NCBI RefSeq assembly: GCF_963921235.1
Contig: NC_086097.1
Span: 134,480,001 to 134,544,000, forward strand
Length of the DNA stretch: 64,000 nt
Reading direction: 5' to 3'
Source: Mobula hypostoma
Taxonomy: Eukaryota
Part shown: positions 12,801 through 24,814 of the stretch, one piece after another
Position numbering within the stretch: the stretch's first letter is position 1
How the letters are laid out: every line of letters starts with the position of its first letter
Program-made: the position numbers and the translations under genes
The notes under the pieces: generated by a model
Told to the model about the DNA's origin: nothing
What the model saw: the letters and a program-made list of their open reading frames with translations, nothing else
The model's database searches: none

Positions 12801-12865
12801 CTGTGCTTAACCTCACAGTCATAAGTGTAAAGTGAGTAGAGCAGGGGCTAAGCGTATAGCCTCGG
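9858..12865 (-). mobile_element. Rex1/Babar LINE 3' half, interrupted at ~10064-12008
   Basis: 3' UTR at 9858-10063 resumes at ~12010. ORFs 12132-12347 and 12435-12647 give DFRKRK, NFKFL and AASIIENPHHPGHAFFSLL motifs. Confidence 0.88.
10064..12008 (+). mobile_element. R4/Dong-clade non-LTR retrotransposon (RT, CCHC, restriction-like endonuclease), 5'-truncated and degraded
   Basis: In order: EEQKGGHKGIKGCKQQ; ISQSDS (for IFQGDS); LLYMDNLKLYA (for YMDD); LTLPRT.GGRG; WLRVEDLFPETEGFPVAIQDQVVNTKHYQKY; KCRR...HITVSC...YLHRHNQ; RSIITGRTIHTNCLDII; KATILNPTRIVQK. Confidence 0.88.
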
Positions 12866-12929
12866 GAGGGTAGATAGCATGCGTGAGACACCGAGACATT
12901 TTGTGCTGAGCTTACAAAACTTCTAAATA

Positions 12930-13154
12930 AAACACATCAAAGTTGCTGGTGAATGCAGCAGGCCAGGCAGCATGTCTAGGAAGAGGTACAGTCGACGTTT
13001 CGGGCCTAGACCCTTCGTCAGGAAGGGTCTCGGCCTGAAACGTCGACTGTACCTCTTCCTAGAGATGCTGCCTGGCCTGCTGCATTCACCAGCAACTTTG
13101 ATGTGTGTTGCTTAAATTTCCAGCATCTGCAGAATTCCTCAGTGTTTGCGTTTT
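12930..13154. mobile_element. Fold-back Penelope-like terminal element with 13-bp target duplication
   Basis: Arms of ~85 bp (12930-13016 vs 13022-13109) are near-perfect reverse complements; aaacttctaaata at 12917-12929 and 13155-13167. Confidence 0.88.
12988..13023 (-). ncRNA. Minimal type I hammerhead ribozyme motif (stem I truncated)
   Basis: Minus strand reads uc-CUGACGA-a-GGGU cuag GCCC-GAAA-CG-UC-gacug: intact core, stem II, palindromic ACGU stem III and a GUC site. Confidence 0.6.
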
Positions 13155-13667
13155 AAACTTCTAAATATACTTCTTTTGCACTACTCTCACTACAATTTGC
13201 AGCCTGTAATTTCCCTCTAAGTAAAGTACTTTTGTCATTTACCAAATCAAAGGTGGTGATGAATCAGCATATAGGAGGGAGACTGAAAGTCTGGCTGAGT
13301 GGTCCCACAACAACCTCTCACTCATTGTCAGCAAGATCAAGAAGCTGATTATTGACATCAGGAGGAAAAAACCGAAGGTTCATAAGCAAGCGTTCAACGG
13401 AGGATAAGAAGTGCAGAGGGTCAGCAACTTTAAATTTCTCGGTGTTATCCTTTCAGAGGATCTGTCCTGGGTCCGGCATGTTGGTGCCATCACAAAGAAA
13501 GCACAGCAATGCCTCCAGTTTCTTAGAAGTTTGAAGTTTTGGCATCTAAAACTTTTGACAAACTTCTGCAGATGCATGATGGAGAGTACATTGACTGGTT
13601 GCATCGCAGCCTGGTAAGGAAACACCAAAGCCCTTGAATGGAAAAGCCTACAAAAAATAGTGGAGAC

Positions 13668-16501
13668 TGTTAGAATCAGAATTGGAATCAGGTTTATTAT
13701 CACCAGCATGTGACATGAAATTTGTTTTGCAACTCCAAAACTAACTGAATGAAAAACATGGGACCAGGGATAAATGTGTCTACTTCGTTTTCACTTTACT
13801 GAGACTCTCACTTATGATTTGTGCATAATGATGCATTCCATTCACTTACTTTTACATATAATTCATATTGAATTGTGTAAACAACAAAGAATGCTTAATG
13901 AAACAATATACGTTTGTATTTAAAATATTACTCAAATATTAAATAATAAATAGACTGCACTCCTCCCTGCTTAGCTATAAACTCCAACTCAATATAGCCT
14001 GCATTTCCACTTACACACACACACACACACATATACACATTACATATACATACAGTATACTACATAACACAACCGTAAAGACATCCACAATAGTAAATTT
14101 TAAATTGTCCCATTCACGCCTAAAGATTGTATTGCTGTGCAGGATTTCTTACTTTTGTGGGATAATATCTTTCCTGACAAGGGGGTGAAGTCACTTTGCC
14201 AGAACAATGCAGGCACCTTCCAGGGATGGAGAGGCGCAGTTCCTGGCAGCTTCTGGATGTACTGGCATCCTGAACAGTGGCTGGCGAGCTGCTCCATCTG
14301 CTGATGTATCCCAGGCCATCAAACAAAACTTTGAGACAATGCTTTCACTTTGACCACTCCTAAGTAACCTGCATGTACCTCCCTTAACACTGCTTGTATG
14401 GTACAACAACTCTCATCCCCACATAAGGCAACCCCTGTCATGGGCAAATTCATCCCAACACTGGTAAAAATGGGAGAACTGGAAGTTCTCCTGCACATTC
14501 TAGCTATTTGCGTCGCCATGTAGACCTGAGACAGCATGGGTTCTTTTCTGGTTTCCCTTTGGATTATCTCAGCCGTAATAAGGAGAACTTTGATTGCGTT
14601 AGTGAGAATACATCAAGGGGAGTGTCCTCTTTTGTAAATTTTTCAGTTATTCCCTTTTCCAAGGGTAAACAGGACAATCCATCAGGATTTACATGACTAG
14701 CCACCCTCTTGAAATCAATCTTATAGCTGTGTCCTCCAAGAAACAGAGCTCATCTCTACATTTGTGCTGCTGCTGTTAGTAGAACACCTTTCTGTAGATT
14801 GAAAATGGACACTAGTGATTGATAATCAGTAATGAGGGTAAACTCTCTCCCAAACAAGTACGAGTTGAAATATTTTACACCCCAAACCAGACTCAAGGCC
14901 TCTCTGTCAATCTATGAGTAATTTTTCTCTGCAGCGGTAAGGGAACATTATACAAAGGCTATGGGCATTCATTTCTATCACTCATATAAAATAGGACATG
15001 ACTGCACCTATACCATAAGGTGAGGCATCACAAGTCTTTTGTAAAGACACTTCACACTGCTTTGTCCATTGCCATTTCTTCCCGATCTGTAGTAATGAGC
15101 TCAAAGGGGGAGCACAGTAGCCAGGTTTGACAGGAACCTGTTAGAGTTATTGACAAATCCTAAACAGGTCCATGACTGTGACACCACTGCTTGAATTTTC
15201 TCAGCACACTTGTAATCCTTGTGCATTAATGACGTGACCACAGCAAGTGATGTTTGGTTTAAACTATTCACAATTGTTGTGTCATGCTATGAACCCATAA
15301 TCTAATATTTTTAACACCGTCTTGGGATTTTGGAGATATCCCTTGTCATCCAGGTAACACTGAGTGCCTGGGAAGTCTTGCAGCACATGGTCTATAGCAG
15401 GGGTAGGCAACCTTAAGCACAAATGATTTTCATTAATTTGAGGCAAAAATAACTAGATGTACATAAATGGATAATTCCCATATTTCAAGTTTTTTATAGC
15501 ATTATCTGGCCCACCATCCGGTCATTAATATGTGATCTGTCCCACAGAGACAAAAAGGTCATCGACCCCTGGTCTATAGCTTTCTGTCAGAGTACAGGTG
15601 CAGCTGCGACTCCAAAAATAAGCTTATAATAGCAATAGAGCCCTTTGTGAATGTTTATGATGAGAAATACTTTGAATTTTTCCTCCACCTCTATCTGCAG
15701 GTAGGCCTTAGTTAAGTCCACTTTGACTGAGTGTTTTCCTCCAGGAAGGTTTGGAAAGATATTCTCTGTCTTGGGCAGAAGATATTGTTCTACTTTCAGT
15801 ACTGGGGTGATGGTGCCTTTAAAATCACCACAGATTTTGACAGATTCATTTTCTTGGCCACTGGGACCACAGGTATTACGTAGGTTTCACTCAACCTTGG
15901 AAAGAATTCCTTCAGCTTCCATGCGATCTCACTCACTGGCTACTTTATCACAGATGGTTTAAGGAACCAGATGGGCTTTATAAAACTTGGGTGTGACATT
16001 TTCATTCATCAGTATTTTACCCTTGCTATGCTTGGGCTTTCCAAAGCCAATTTGAACATTGCTGTGGCACCATCCAGTACATTTCTTAATTCACTTTCAG
16101 TTGACCCTATTACTGGGGATGCGGCAAGCAAATTGGCAGATGGATCTCCAATCAAGCTTGACTTGTCTCAGCCAATCATGGCACCACAATGGCCCTTCTG
16201 CTTTTACCACAAACAAGCCCAATGTGGCTTGTTGATTGTTGTATTTTACTGTTATGAATGTTACTTCCACAGGAGTTATCTTTCCTCCAGTATAAATACT
16301 CCTCAATTAGTGCACTATATAACATCCAGTTATCTCTTGTGAAATCAAACTCATTTATCTTTTCAATGTAGCCAACCATATTTGATTTTTTAAATTTATG
16401 ATTATTATCACCAGTACTAGTTTATGAACCCATGAATTCCGTCTGTTTTCTGCCCTTTTGATTAAACAACAGAATGTTACTGAAATATTAAATAGACTGT
16501 A
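13668..16501 (-). mobile_element. Gypsy (Mag-like) LTR retrotransposon, internally deleted and degraded
   Basis: Minus-strand order: gag start (MVGYIEKINEFD...NW); RT (FGVAAAP, CYLDD); RNase H (SLTAAEKNY, REALSLVWGVK); integrase zinc finger (EVHAGYLGVVKVKAL, CSGCQ); PPT aagcagggaggag; then an LTR at ~13668-13959. Apparent 5-bp TSD gagac/gatac. Confidence 0.88.
15398..15571. mobile_element. hAT (Charlie-like) MITE inside the Gypsy RT
   Basis: Termini CAGGGGT...ACCCCTG; perfect 8-bp TSD gtctatag at 15390-15397 and 15572-15579. Confidence 0.9.
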
Positions 16502-17124
16502 GATACAGCCCAGTCCATTATAAGTAAAGCCCTCCCCGTCAAAACTGAGCACATCTACACGGTTTGCTGTTGCTGGAAAGCAGCATCCATCACCAGGGAC
16601 CCCCAACATCCAGGCCATGCTCTCTTCTCACTGCTCCTCTTCTCACGGGAACATCAGGATCCACACCATCAGGATCAGGAACAGCTATTACCCATCATCT
16701 GTCAGAACCAGAGGGAATAACTTCACTCAATTTGACTCGTCCATCACTGAACTGTTCCCATTGAACTGGACTCACTTTCAAGGACTCTTCCTCTCATGTT
16801 CTTGATACATATTGTTTATTTATTTATTATTATTATTTCTTTTTTTATCTCTTTCTTTTTGTATTTGCACAATTTGTTGTCTTTTTTTTTGCACATTAGT
16901 TGTTGTCTGCCCTGTTGGGTGCTGTCTTTCATCGATTCTATTGTGTTTCTTGTATTTACTGTGATTGTCTACAAGAATATAAATCTCAGGGTTGTATATG
17001 GAGATATATATGTACTTTGATAATAAATTTACTTTGACCCTGAACTTTGAACTTTACATATTCTCTGATTTTCATTACTGTCAGTGGTCAAAGTACTTCC
17101 AGGACTCTTTCACTTCCCACACAG

Positions 17125-17480
17125 TGTTGCAATGGTTCAAGCCCCAGTCTAGAAACCTGAATTCAAAATATGCAGAATCATATGCTGCCACAGTTGTAGC
17201 CTTCTGAAAGAGATGCTAAACCAAGGACCTGTTAGGTGGGTGTAAGGGATGCTGAAACACCACTTCAAAGAGAAAGCGCGTTTTCTTGGTATCCTGGGGC
17301 CGATGTTTATCCTCAACCAACATCACTGAAACTAATTATCTGCTTATCACATTACTATTTTTGGGATCTTCTTATGTGAATATTGACTGCACCATTTTAT
17401 ACATTGTAACAATCAGTGGATTTCAAGCTGTGAACTTGTCTGAACTGCCCTGAGGTCAGAGAAGACTCGAGCTCTCTTTC
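17125..17480 (+). mobile_element. Deu-domain SINE (SacSINE1/AmnSINE-like)
   Basis: B-box ggttcaagcccc, then tttatcctcaaccaacatcactgaaactaattatctg...atcacattactatttttgggatctt, characteristic of the Deu domain. Confidence 0.7.
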
Positions 17481-18711
17481 TTACCACAAAGTCCATGTGA
17501 TCCACACCAGAGTAATTACCAAGACAAGGAAATTAAAAACACTCATGTATTTCCATTACCTACGTACTGAATTGATTATTTTTTTAAAAGATGCAAACTT
17601 ATAATGTCTCTTTTTCTATTTAAATTGAAGCACCCTTTGAGTGCAGGTTCCCTGCTTTACCGAAGGATTATGTTTCCAGAAAAAAGGTCCATAATGTGAG
17701 GTAACCAGGGCACATGCTAAAAAGTGTGAGCTGAAAATAAAATAAGCATTTACATCCAAACCCCATGAGAACAAAATATATTTTACATCTCAGACTTTTG
17801 TGGACTAATCTGTAAATTCCACAAGGATCAGTTTCCGTTACCCAAACAACTGTAACGTAGGGGTTGTCTGTGCTGAATATTTATGTAATTATGACAAATA
17901 TCAAACACAAAATCCCATGGGCCTGTTTTGTACAAGAGATACTCCTAGTCAAAAAAGTCAGGGAGGAACTGATGAACCCCACAGATGCACATTTATTTGT
18001 ATTTTAATTTGGCATTATAGTATTTGCATCTGACAGCTGTGAAGAAAATAGACTTTCCTCCAGAGGAAGTTTGTGAATCCATATTGTATTGCTTTCAAGG
18101 CATTTGGAGTTAATATCAAATGCAATATCCCTTCCAAAAATACCACATGGAAGACTGCATAAAGGGATCCTGGAATCAAACCCCAGCAGTATCTCAATCC
18201 AATCAAATCACATTATTGGGTTTTTGCAGGACAATGAATAGGTTATGTTTTAGTAGTTGCCAATCAGGTAACTATGTAGTTTCAATTACTGTCAACCTAC
18301 AACCTGAAATGTTAATGTGCAGATTGACAAAGGATGCAACAGTGAATTTTAATTATTTTATCACTGACAGGAAATACTTAGAGATGATTGCAATATTCAA
18401 ATTGTAAAACTATGTTTCACAACCTGAGAGCCAGGCCTGACTATCAGACTCACGAAGGATAGAATTTGTTTCACACCTTCAGTTCTGATGGAGGTAGAAA
18501 CTCAAAAGCCATTTTGAAAGATAGCAGCGTCACTTTTAACATGACACTGGGAACATCTAGGAAGTGCCAGCTCATGCGAAGGACCAGTTATTCACTCAAA
18601 TTGCAAAGGAAATTATGTAAATTAAATATATTAGATTTTACTGAAGTTAAACAAAACATGCTGATATAGCTTCTACATATCAATCTCACTGAAGCAACCA
18701 GAAGAACCTGA

Positions 18712-19235
18712 GTAGCACACACAAATGCTGGAGGAGCTCTGTAGGTCAGGCAGCACCTAAGGAAATGAATAAACAGTCGACGTTTTAGGTCAAGACCTAA
18801 AGGAAGGAAGGGTTAATACGCCAGAATGAGAAGGTGGAGGGGTGGTAAGCTAGAAGGGGATATGTGAAGCCAGGTGGTTGAGGAAGGTGGGGGGGAATGA
18901 AGTAAGGAGCTGGGAGGTAATAGGTGGCAAAGAAAAGGGGCTGGAGAAGAAGTAATCTGATAGAAGAAGAGAGTGGACCATGGGAGAAAAGGAAGGGGGG
19001 GCAACAGGGGGAGGTGATGGCAGATATGGCCAGAGTGGGGAATTTGATGTTCGTGCCATCAGGTTGGAGAGTACTTAGATGGAATAGGAGATGCTACTCC
19101 TCCAACATGATTTGGCCTCATCGTGGCAGAAGAGGTGGCCATGGAAAGACATGGCAAGACATGGCAGATTGAGAATGGGAATAGGAATAGGAATTGAAAT
19201 TGAAATGATTGGAAGTTCTGCTTTTCATGTATGGA
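18712..19235 (-). mobile_element. Penelope-like element 3' end, degraded
   Basis: Same layout as 49310-50012: endonuclease C-terminal remnant, pyrimidine-rich UTR, terminal cagtcgacgtttt/ctggaggagctc segment. Confidence 0.8.
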
Positions 19236-19729
19236 GCTGAGATATTTGTGACTATATTTAATAAGTTATCTTGATCCCCTCACAGCAGGAACAAGGGCAC
19301 AAAAATTTACAAAGCTTAAAACCTCTAGCTTATTCATCACAGAGGAGTTTATCTGTCTTCCTTCACAAATGGTATCAAACGCTTGGCTACTCTGCCAACA
19401 CGACAGAATGCCCCAAAATCTTTCACAATTCCACTTTGTCTTCCTTTCAACAATCTTCTTATGCCACCAGCACTGAATTGAAAGAGCTTTTTTTGTTCTT
19501 TCATTAACTGACAATATCATCCAACTTGTCTGTAAGGTTGTGATAGTGGATCATTGTGGTAAGCAATAGCCACAGTACTCTAGTGTTACAGTGATGACAG
19601 CAGATTTCTTATTCTAAAAGACATGGGAAAACCCAATGGGTTTTTACAATAACTGAATAGCTTCACAGTCAACATTATTCTAACAATCCTGATGAAGTAT
19701 ATTGGTCCAAAATATTTCCTGTTCAAAAT

Positions 19730-20540
19730 TAAGTTCAAGTTTAATTATCATTTAACCATACATGAATACAGCCAAATGAAACAATGTTCCTCTGGGGCCA
19801 AGGGGCAAAACACAATACTGACAGTAATATACAGTACAAGATACATGTAACACATACAAGACAGCAGTAAACATACAGTCACACTAAAGAGTATACGTAG
19901 CCCAAGTCCTGAAGTGATGCGTCCTGTAAATTGATCGTGCATGGGTGTTATCAGCAAGAACAAGCTGCTCTCAGTAGTCTGCAGCTTGACATATGCACAC
20001 ATGCCATCCAGTTTGTCTTCTACCGAGCAAACACTGGAGAGCAGCACTGATGGGAAGGGTCAGTCTTCAGCCCAGTAAGGGCAACGCGTGACACCACCTA
20101 CAGTGTTTCCTCGCAACATACATAAAATGCTGGAGGAACTCATCCATCTTAAGCTCCTCCAGCTTTTTGTGTGTGTTGCTTGGATTTTTAGCATCTGGAG
20201 ATTTTCTCTTGTCCAGCGTCTTCTCTCCTGGACTGCTGTAACAGGCAAGCCTGCAGCTTGATGCTTAGCCCTCATTACAACGGAGACCATACAGCTCCCA
20301 CATCATCTGTCTCACCAGTAAACAAGGGAAAATGACTTGCAGCATTTTACATTACCAATATCCAACAGGGCATTGCATTTGCAGCAGAAACATCCAAGAC
20401 AATCACTTGCTATTCGATGCAAACCCAGTCTGCGCACTGACTCCAGTGCCTTTATGTAGCAGGCAGTAACCAGTCCAGTTTCTCCACCAATGAGCAGCTC
20501 GCTGGTGCAGCAGACCCGTAGTACTTGAAATTCTTAATGC
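19730..20540 (-). mobile_element. Non-autonomous Rex1-like element (5' region joined to 3' tail), containing a small Penelope-type hairpin at ~20112-20210
   Basis: ORF 19748-20047 begins LLSSVCSVEDKLD (Rex1 endonuclease start) and runs into a Rex-type tail (aagttcaagtttaattatc). Confidence 0.6.
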
Positions 20541-20994
20541 CCAGCATTGTCTTGTGTGTGTTGCTCTAGATTTCCAGCATCTTCAGTGTTGCTCAAGAAC
20601 TTATGGCCTACATTTATTTAATATAAAACTAAGTTTACTGCTGGGCTTTGATCACATCTATGGATTACCAATTCAATACCACGATCTGATTTGCCATTAT
20701 GGGCTCTTCATCAGCAAATCAGTGAAAAGACTGGTTTTCACATAACAGCTGAGAGAGCAGAGCAATCGCTGGCCCTGTCACACATTGAAGTATCATTTGT
20801 TATTTTGCTGAGCTTAGTATACAAAGATTGACCCAAAACAAAATCTGGGTACTTCCAATCTGCAACATTCCAAATTGCCAGATTAGAAATTTATTATTAT
20901 TTATCCAGACATATAGCAAGGCAACACGCCCTTTCAGCCTAATGACCCCATGTGACCAATTAACCTAACCCAAATTTCTTCAGACATCAACCAT

Positions 20995-23280
20995 AATGGA
21001 GAGGTTGGACAAACTTGGATTATTTTCTCTGGAACGTCAGAGGGTAAGGGTCAACCTAACTAAATTATATAAAACCACAGGGCTTAATAGTGTAGATATT
21101 CAAAGTCTCTTTCTTAGACTGGAAATGTTGTATACAAAAGAGTCTAGGTACCAAAAGTCACGGTGGTCATGGTGCCAAAAGTGGTGTCGCTTTGGACAGA
21201 GGAAATGGATGAGTTCCTCCATGACTGCTTTGAACCGGTGGACTAGTTAGCATTCAAGGACTCGGCAGCTAACCTCGATGAGTATGCCTCAGCTGTCACG
21301 GACTTTATCTGGAAATGCACAGAGGACTGTGTGTCTCGCAAGACGATCCGGGTATTCCATAACAGGAAACCTTGGATGAATTATGAGGTCAAGTCCCTTT
21401 TGAAGGCTAGAGCTGCGGCTTTTAGGTTAGAAGGGCCTTCCTGAAGATAAATCCGAGGAAGGCGATGGGCCCAGATGGCGTCCCAGGATGGGTTCTCTGG
21501 GCCTGTGCAAGCCAGCTAGCTGGAGTGTTTGCTGATACCTTCAACTGCTCCTTGCTTCAGTCTAAGATCCCCTCGTGTTTTAAGAAGGCAACGGTAATCC
21601 CAGTACCGAAGAAGAACAAGGTGGCATGCCTGAATGACTATCGACCTGTGGCTCTGACATCAATTGCTATGAAGTGCTTTGAGCAATTAGTTATGGCACA
21701 CATCAACTACAGCCTACCAGTCAACCTCGACACTTTGCAATTCGCCTACTGGAGCAACAGGTCAACGGCAGATGCTATCTCTCTGGCCCTACATTCCTCC
21801 TCAGAACACCTGGAGAATAAAGACGCATATGTAAGGCTCCTTTTCATTGACTAAAGCTCTGTCTTTAATACCATCATTCCAAATAAACTGATTCCTAAGC
21901 TCCGGAACCTGGGCCTTAGCACTCAGATCTGCAGCTGGACCTTCATCTTCCTCACAGACAGGACCCAGGCTGTAAAAATAGGGGACAACCTCTCCTCCAC
22001 AATCACTCTGAGCACCGGTGCCCCACAAGGCTCTGTACTCAGCCCCTGCTGTACTCACTGTACACCCATGATTGTGTAGCCAAGTTTCCATCGAACTCAA
22101 TATATAAGTTTGCTGATGACACCACAGTTGTAGGCCGTATCTCGTGTAATGATGAGTTTGAGTACAGAGAGGAAATTAAGAACCTGGTGGCATGGTGCGA
22201 AGACAATAACCTATCCCTCAACGTCAGCAAGACGAAGGAAATGGTCGTTGATTTCAGAAGGAGTAGCGGACCGCAGACCCCATTTACATCGGTGGTGCGC
22301 AAGTGGAACAGGTCAAAAGCTTTAAGTTTCTCGGGGTCAATATCACAAATGAATTGACTTGGTCCAACCAAGCAGAGTCCACTGCCAAGAAGGCACACCA
22401 GTGCCTTTACTTCCTGAGAAAGCTAAAGAAATTTGGCTTGTCCCCTAAAACCCTTACTAATTTTTATAGATGTACCGTAGAAAGCATTCTTCTAGGGTGC
22501 ATCACAACCTGATATGGAAGTTCTCCTGTCCAAGACCAGAAGAAGCTGCAGAAGTTCGTGAACGCAGCCCAACACATCACACAAACCAATCTTCTGTCCT
22601 TGGACTCACTTTACACCGCATGCTGTCTGAGCAGTGCTGCCAGGATAATCAAGGACACAACCCACCCAGCCAACACACTTTTCGTCCCTCTTCCCTCCGG
22701 GCGAAGGCTGAGGAGCTTGAAGACTCATACAGCCAGATTTGGGAACAGCTTCTTTCCAACTGTGATAAGACTACTGAACGGATCCTGACCCGGATCTGGG
22801 CCGTACCCTCCAAATATACAGGCCTGCCTCTCGGTTTTATTGCACTACCTTACTTTCCCTTTTCTAATTATGATTTATAATTTAAATTTTCAATATTTAC
22901 TATTGATTTGTACTCAAGGGAGCATGAAGCGCAGAATCAAATATCACTGTGATGATTGTACATTCTAGTATCAATTGTTTGGCGACAATAAAGTATAAAG
23001 TATAAAGTAAGAGGGGGAAATTTAAAGATTTATGAGGCAATTTTTGTTTTTATACTCCAAGAGTGGTAGGTGTTTGGAACATGCTGCCTGGAGATGTGAT
23101 AGAAGTAAATATTATAGAACGTTTAAGATATAATATTGTATTTGGATTAGCTGTGACTATCAGAGAATGAAGGCATATAGACCATATGCAGGGAGATAGG
23201 ATTCATTTAAATTGGTATCTTGATCAGTACAGTCATGGTGGACCAAAAGACCTATTCTTGTGCTGTACTGTTCTATGTTC
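20995..23280 (+). mobile_element. Old CR1 3' end split by a Rex1 insertion
   Basis: ERLDKLGLFSLERQR at 20996-21150 resumes at ~23009 (gagtggtaggtgtttggaacatgctgcc) and ends tgtgctgtactgttctatgttc. Confidence 0.85.
21152..23009 (+). mobile_element. Rex1/Babar LINE with RT domain, relatively young, with an internal deletion near 21427
   Basis: GPDGVPG, LNDYRPVALTSIAMKCFE, LQFAY, STADAISLALH, LFID, KFADDT, FKFLGV and RFGNSFFP motifs with few stops; tail (aaagtat)3. Confidence 0.95.
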
Positions 23281-24814
23281 AAAATACAGTGGGTCTACCA
23301 TCCAACTGATTCTTCACAACATGGAAATGGGGTTTGTTGAGTAAAAGATTACAAGGGATCGATGGTATTAAGGTGTAATACAAATGGCACATAAATTGCC
23401 CCACCAAGTTAGGAACCACCCTGTCATTAAAAATTCAGAAACATGCTGGGTCAGCATTTCTTCTGCAGACTGAAGATAAAACAGATAAACACATTGTTTG
23501 CAAACAGTGTTACAACATTGTTATACAAGGTGCACACAGGAAATGTTCCCTGACTTCACAACCTGAGAGTCTGTATAATGATTAAATTGCAATCAATATT
23601 TAATAATGCAAAATAAAATGGCCTTCAAAACTAATTAAGTAACTTAGCAGTTTTATCTGCCTCATGATTGGTTTAACCATGTTTCTGAATTTTTAATGAC
23701 CGAATGGTTTCTACCTTTTTGAATGAAAGCCCCACTACCTCACATTCAGTGAATGTACACCCAACATACGTAGCCAATGGCATTACAGTCCTGTACTTTG
23801 AAGGAGTTGGGACTTCCCTGGGAGTTCCTGGCCACAGCTACCAGCTTCCTGGTGGAGCAATTTACGTACCAGGGCTTAAACAGAGAGATAGGGCTCACTT
23901 CATTATTAACTAAAAGCAGTCCAGTTTCATGTAATGTGACCTTAGGGATTCTCGGATGACCATCACTTTGCAGACAGGTTCTTCCTTTATGTAGTTTTCT
24001 TATTGACTAATTCTACATACCAGCAGGCTAAATGTTTGGGGTTCCTTCCCGTCACCCCCCATCCACATAACCACCTGCTCACACACCTAGAATACCTCTC
24101 CACCAACCGAATCCATTCCACTCTACCGTACTGTAACCTCGCCCCACTTTCTCTCTCTCTCTCTCTCTCTCTCATCCTCTCACTGCCAACCCTTCACAAA
24201 TTGTGTTGAATTATGCATATCACAACAGTGAAGTGCTCAAAGATATCACACTATAAACTGCAACTACAAATATTGCAAAAATTAGCAAAAATAGTTTAGC
24301 ATTATCAGTGAAAATCTCAGAAATCACAACAATCTGTAGAGCTTGAAGTGATTTTATTACATGGTACAGCCATTTTATACTTCCAAGCAACAGAATGAGT
24401 TTCTTAGGATCAGTTGCACATCATATGCCTTTAACCAAAGCAGTAGTTAACTGTAATGCTTCACTGAGTACAAGTTCATCTCTGGTCAATAGTGCTAGAG
24501 TCATGGCTACTGGTTACATTCAGTTTCTGAAGTTCAGGTCCTTTGAAGTAGTACAACAGGCGCCTGATTCTTGAGCGCCTACTAGGAACAAAAGTCAAAT
24601 AGCCTCATACAAGCAGGCAGAAGCAGCATTTGCAAGAAACAAAAACAGAAATTAGATGTAAAGTATACACAATTTTACATAAAACATAAAAAAGACTAAG
24701 TAAATTTTAGTGTAAAGTGGTCACAGTATTTCTAAACTGTAGTGATATAGGGTTTTGTTGGTTGTAGCTGTCCGGACACTTGATGCTGTGGGACTTCAGG
24801 CTTCTATCCCTCTT

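Larger units (their letters stand above)
13241..17052 (+). mobile_element. Rex1/Babar LINE 3' part, split by a Gypsy insertion (13668-16501)
   Basis: ORF 13411-13617 (SNFKFLGV...ESTLTGCIAAW) resumes at 16502 with gatacagcccagtcc; tail aataaatttactttgaccctgaactttgaac. Confidence 0.88.

Noticed and set aside
23700..24200. Possible second solo LTR ending ...cccttcaca
   Set aside because: I could not find a matching TG start or TSD, so it is left unclassified.
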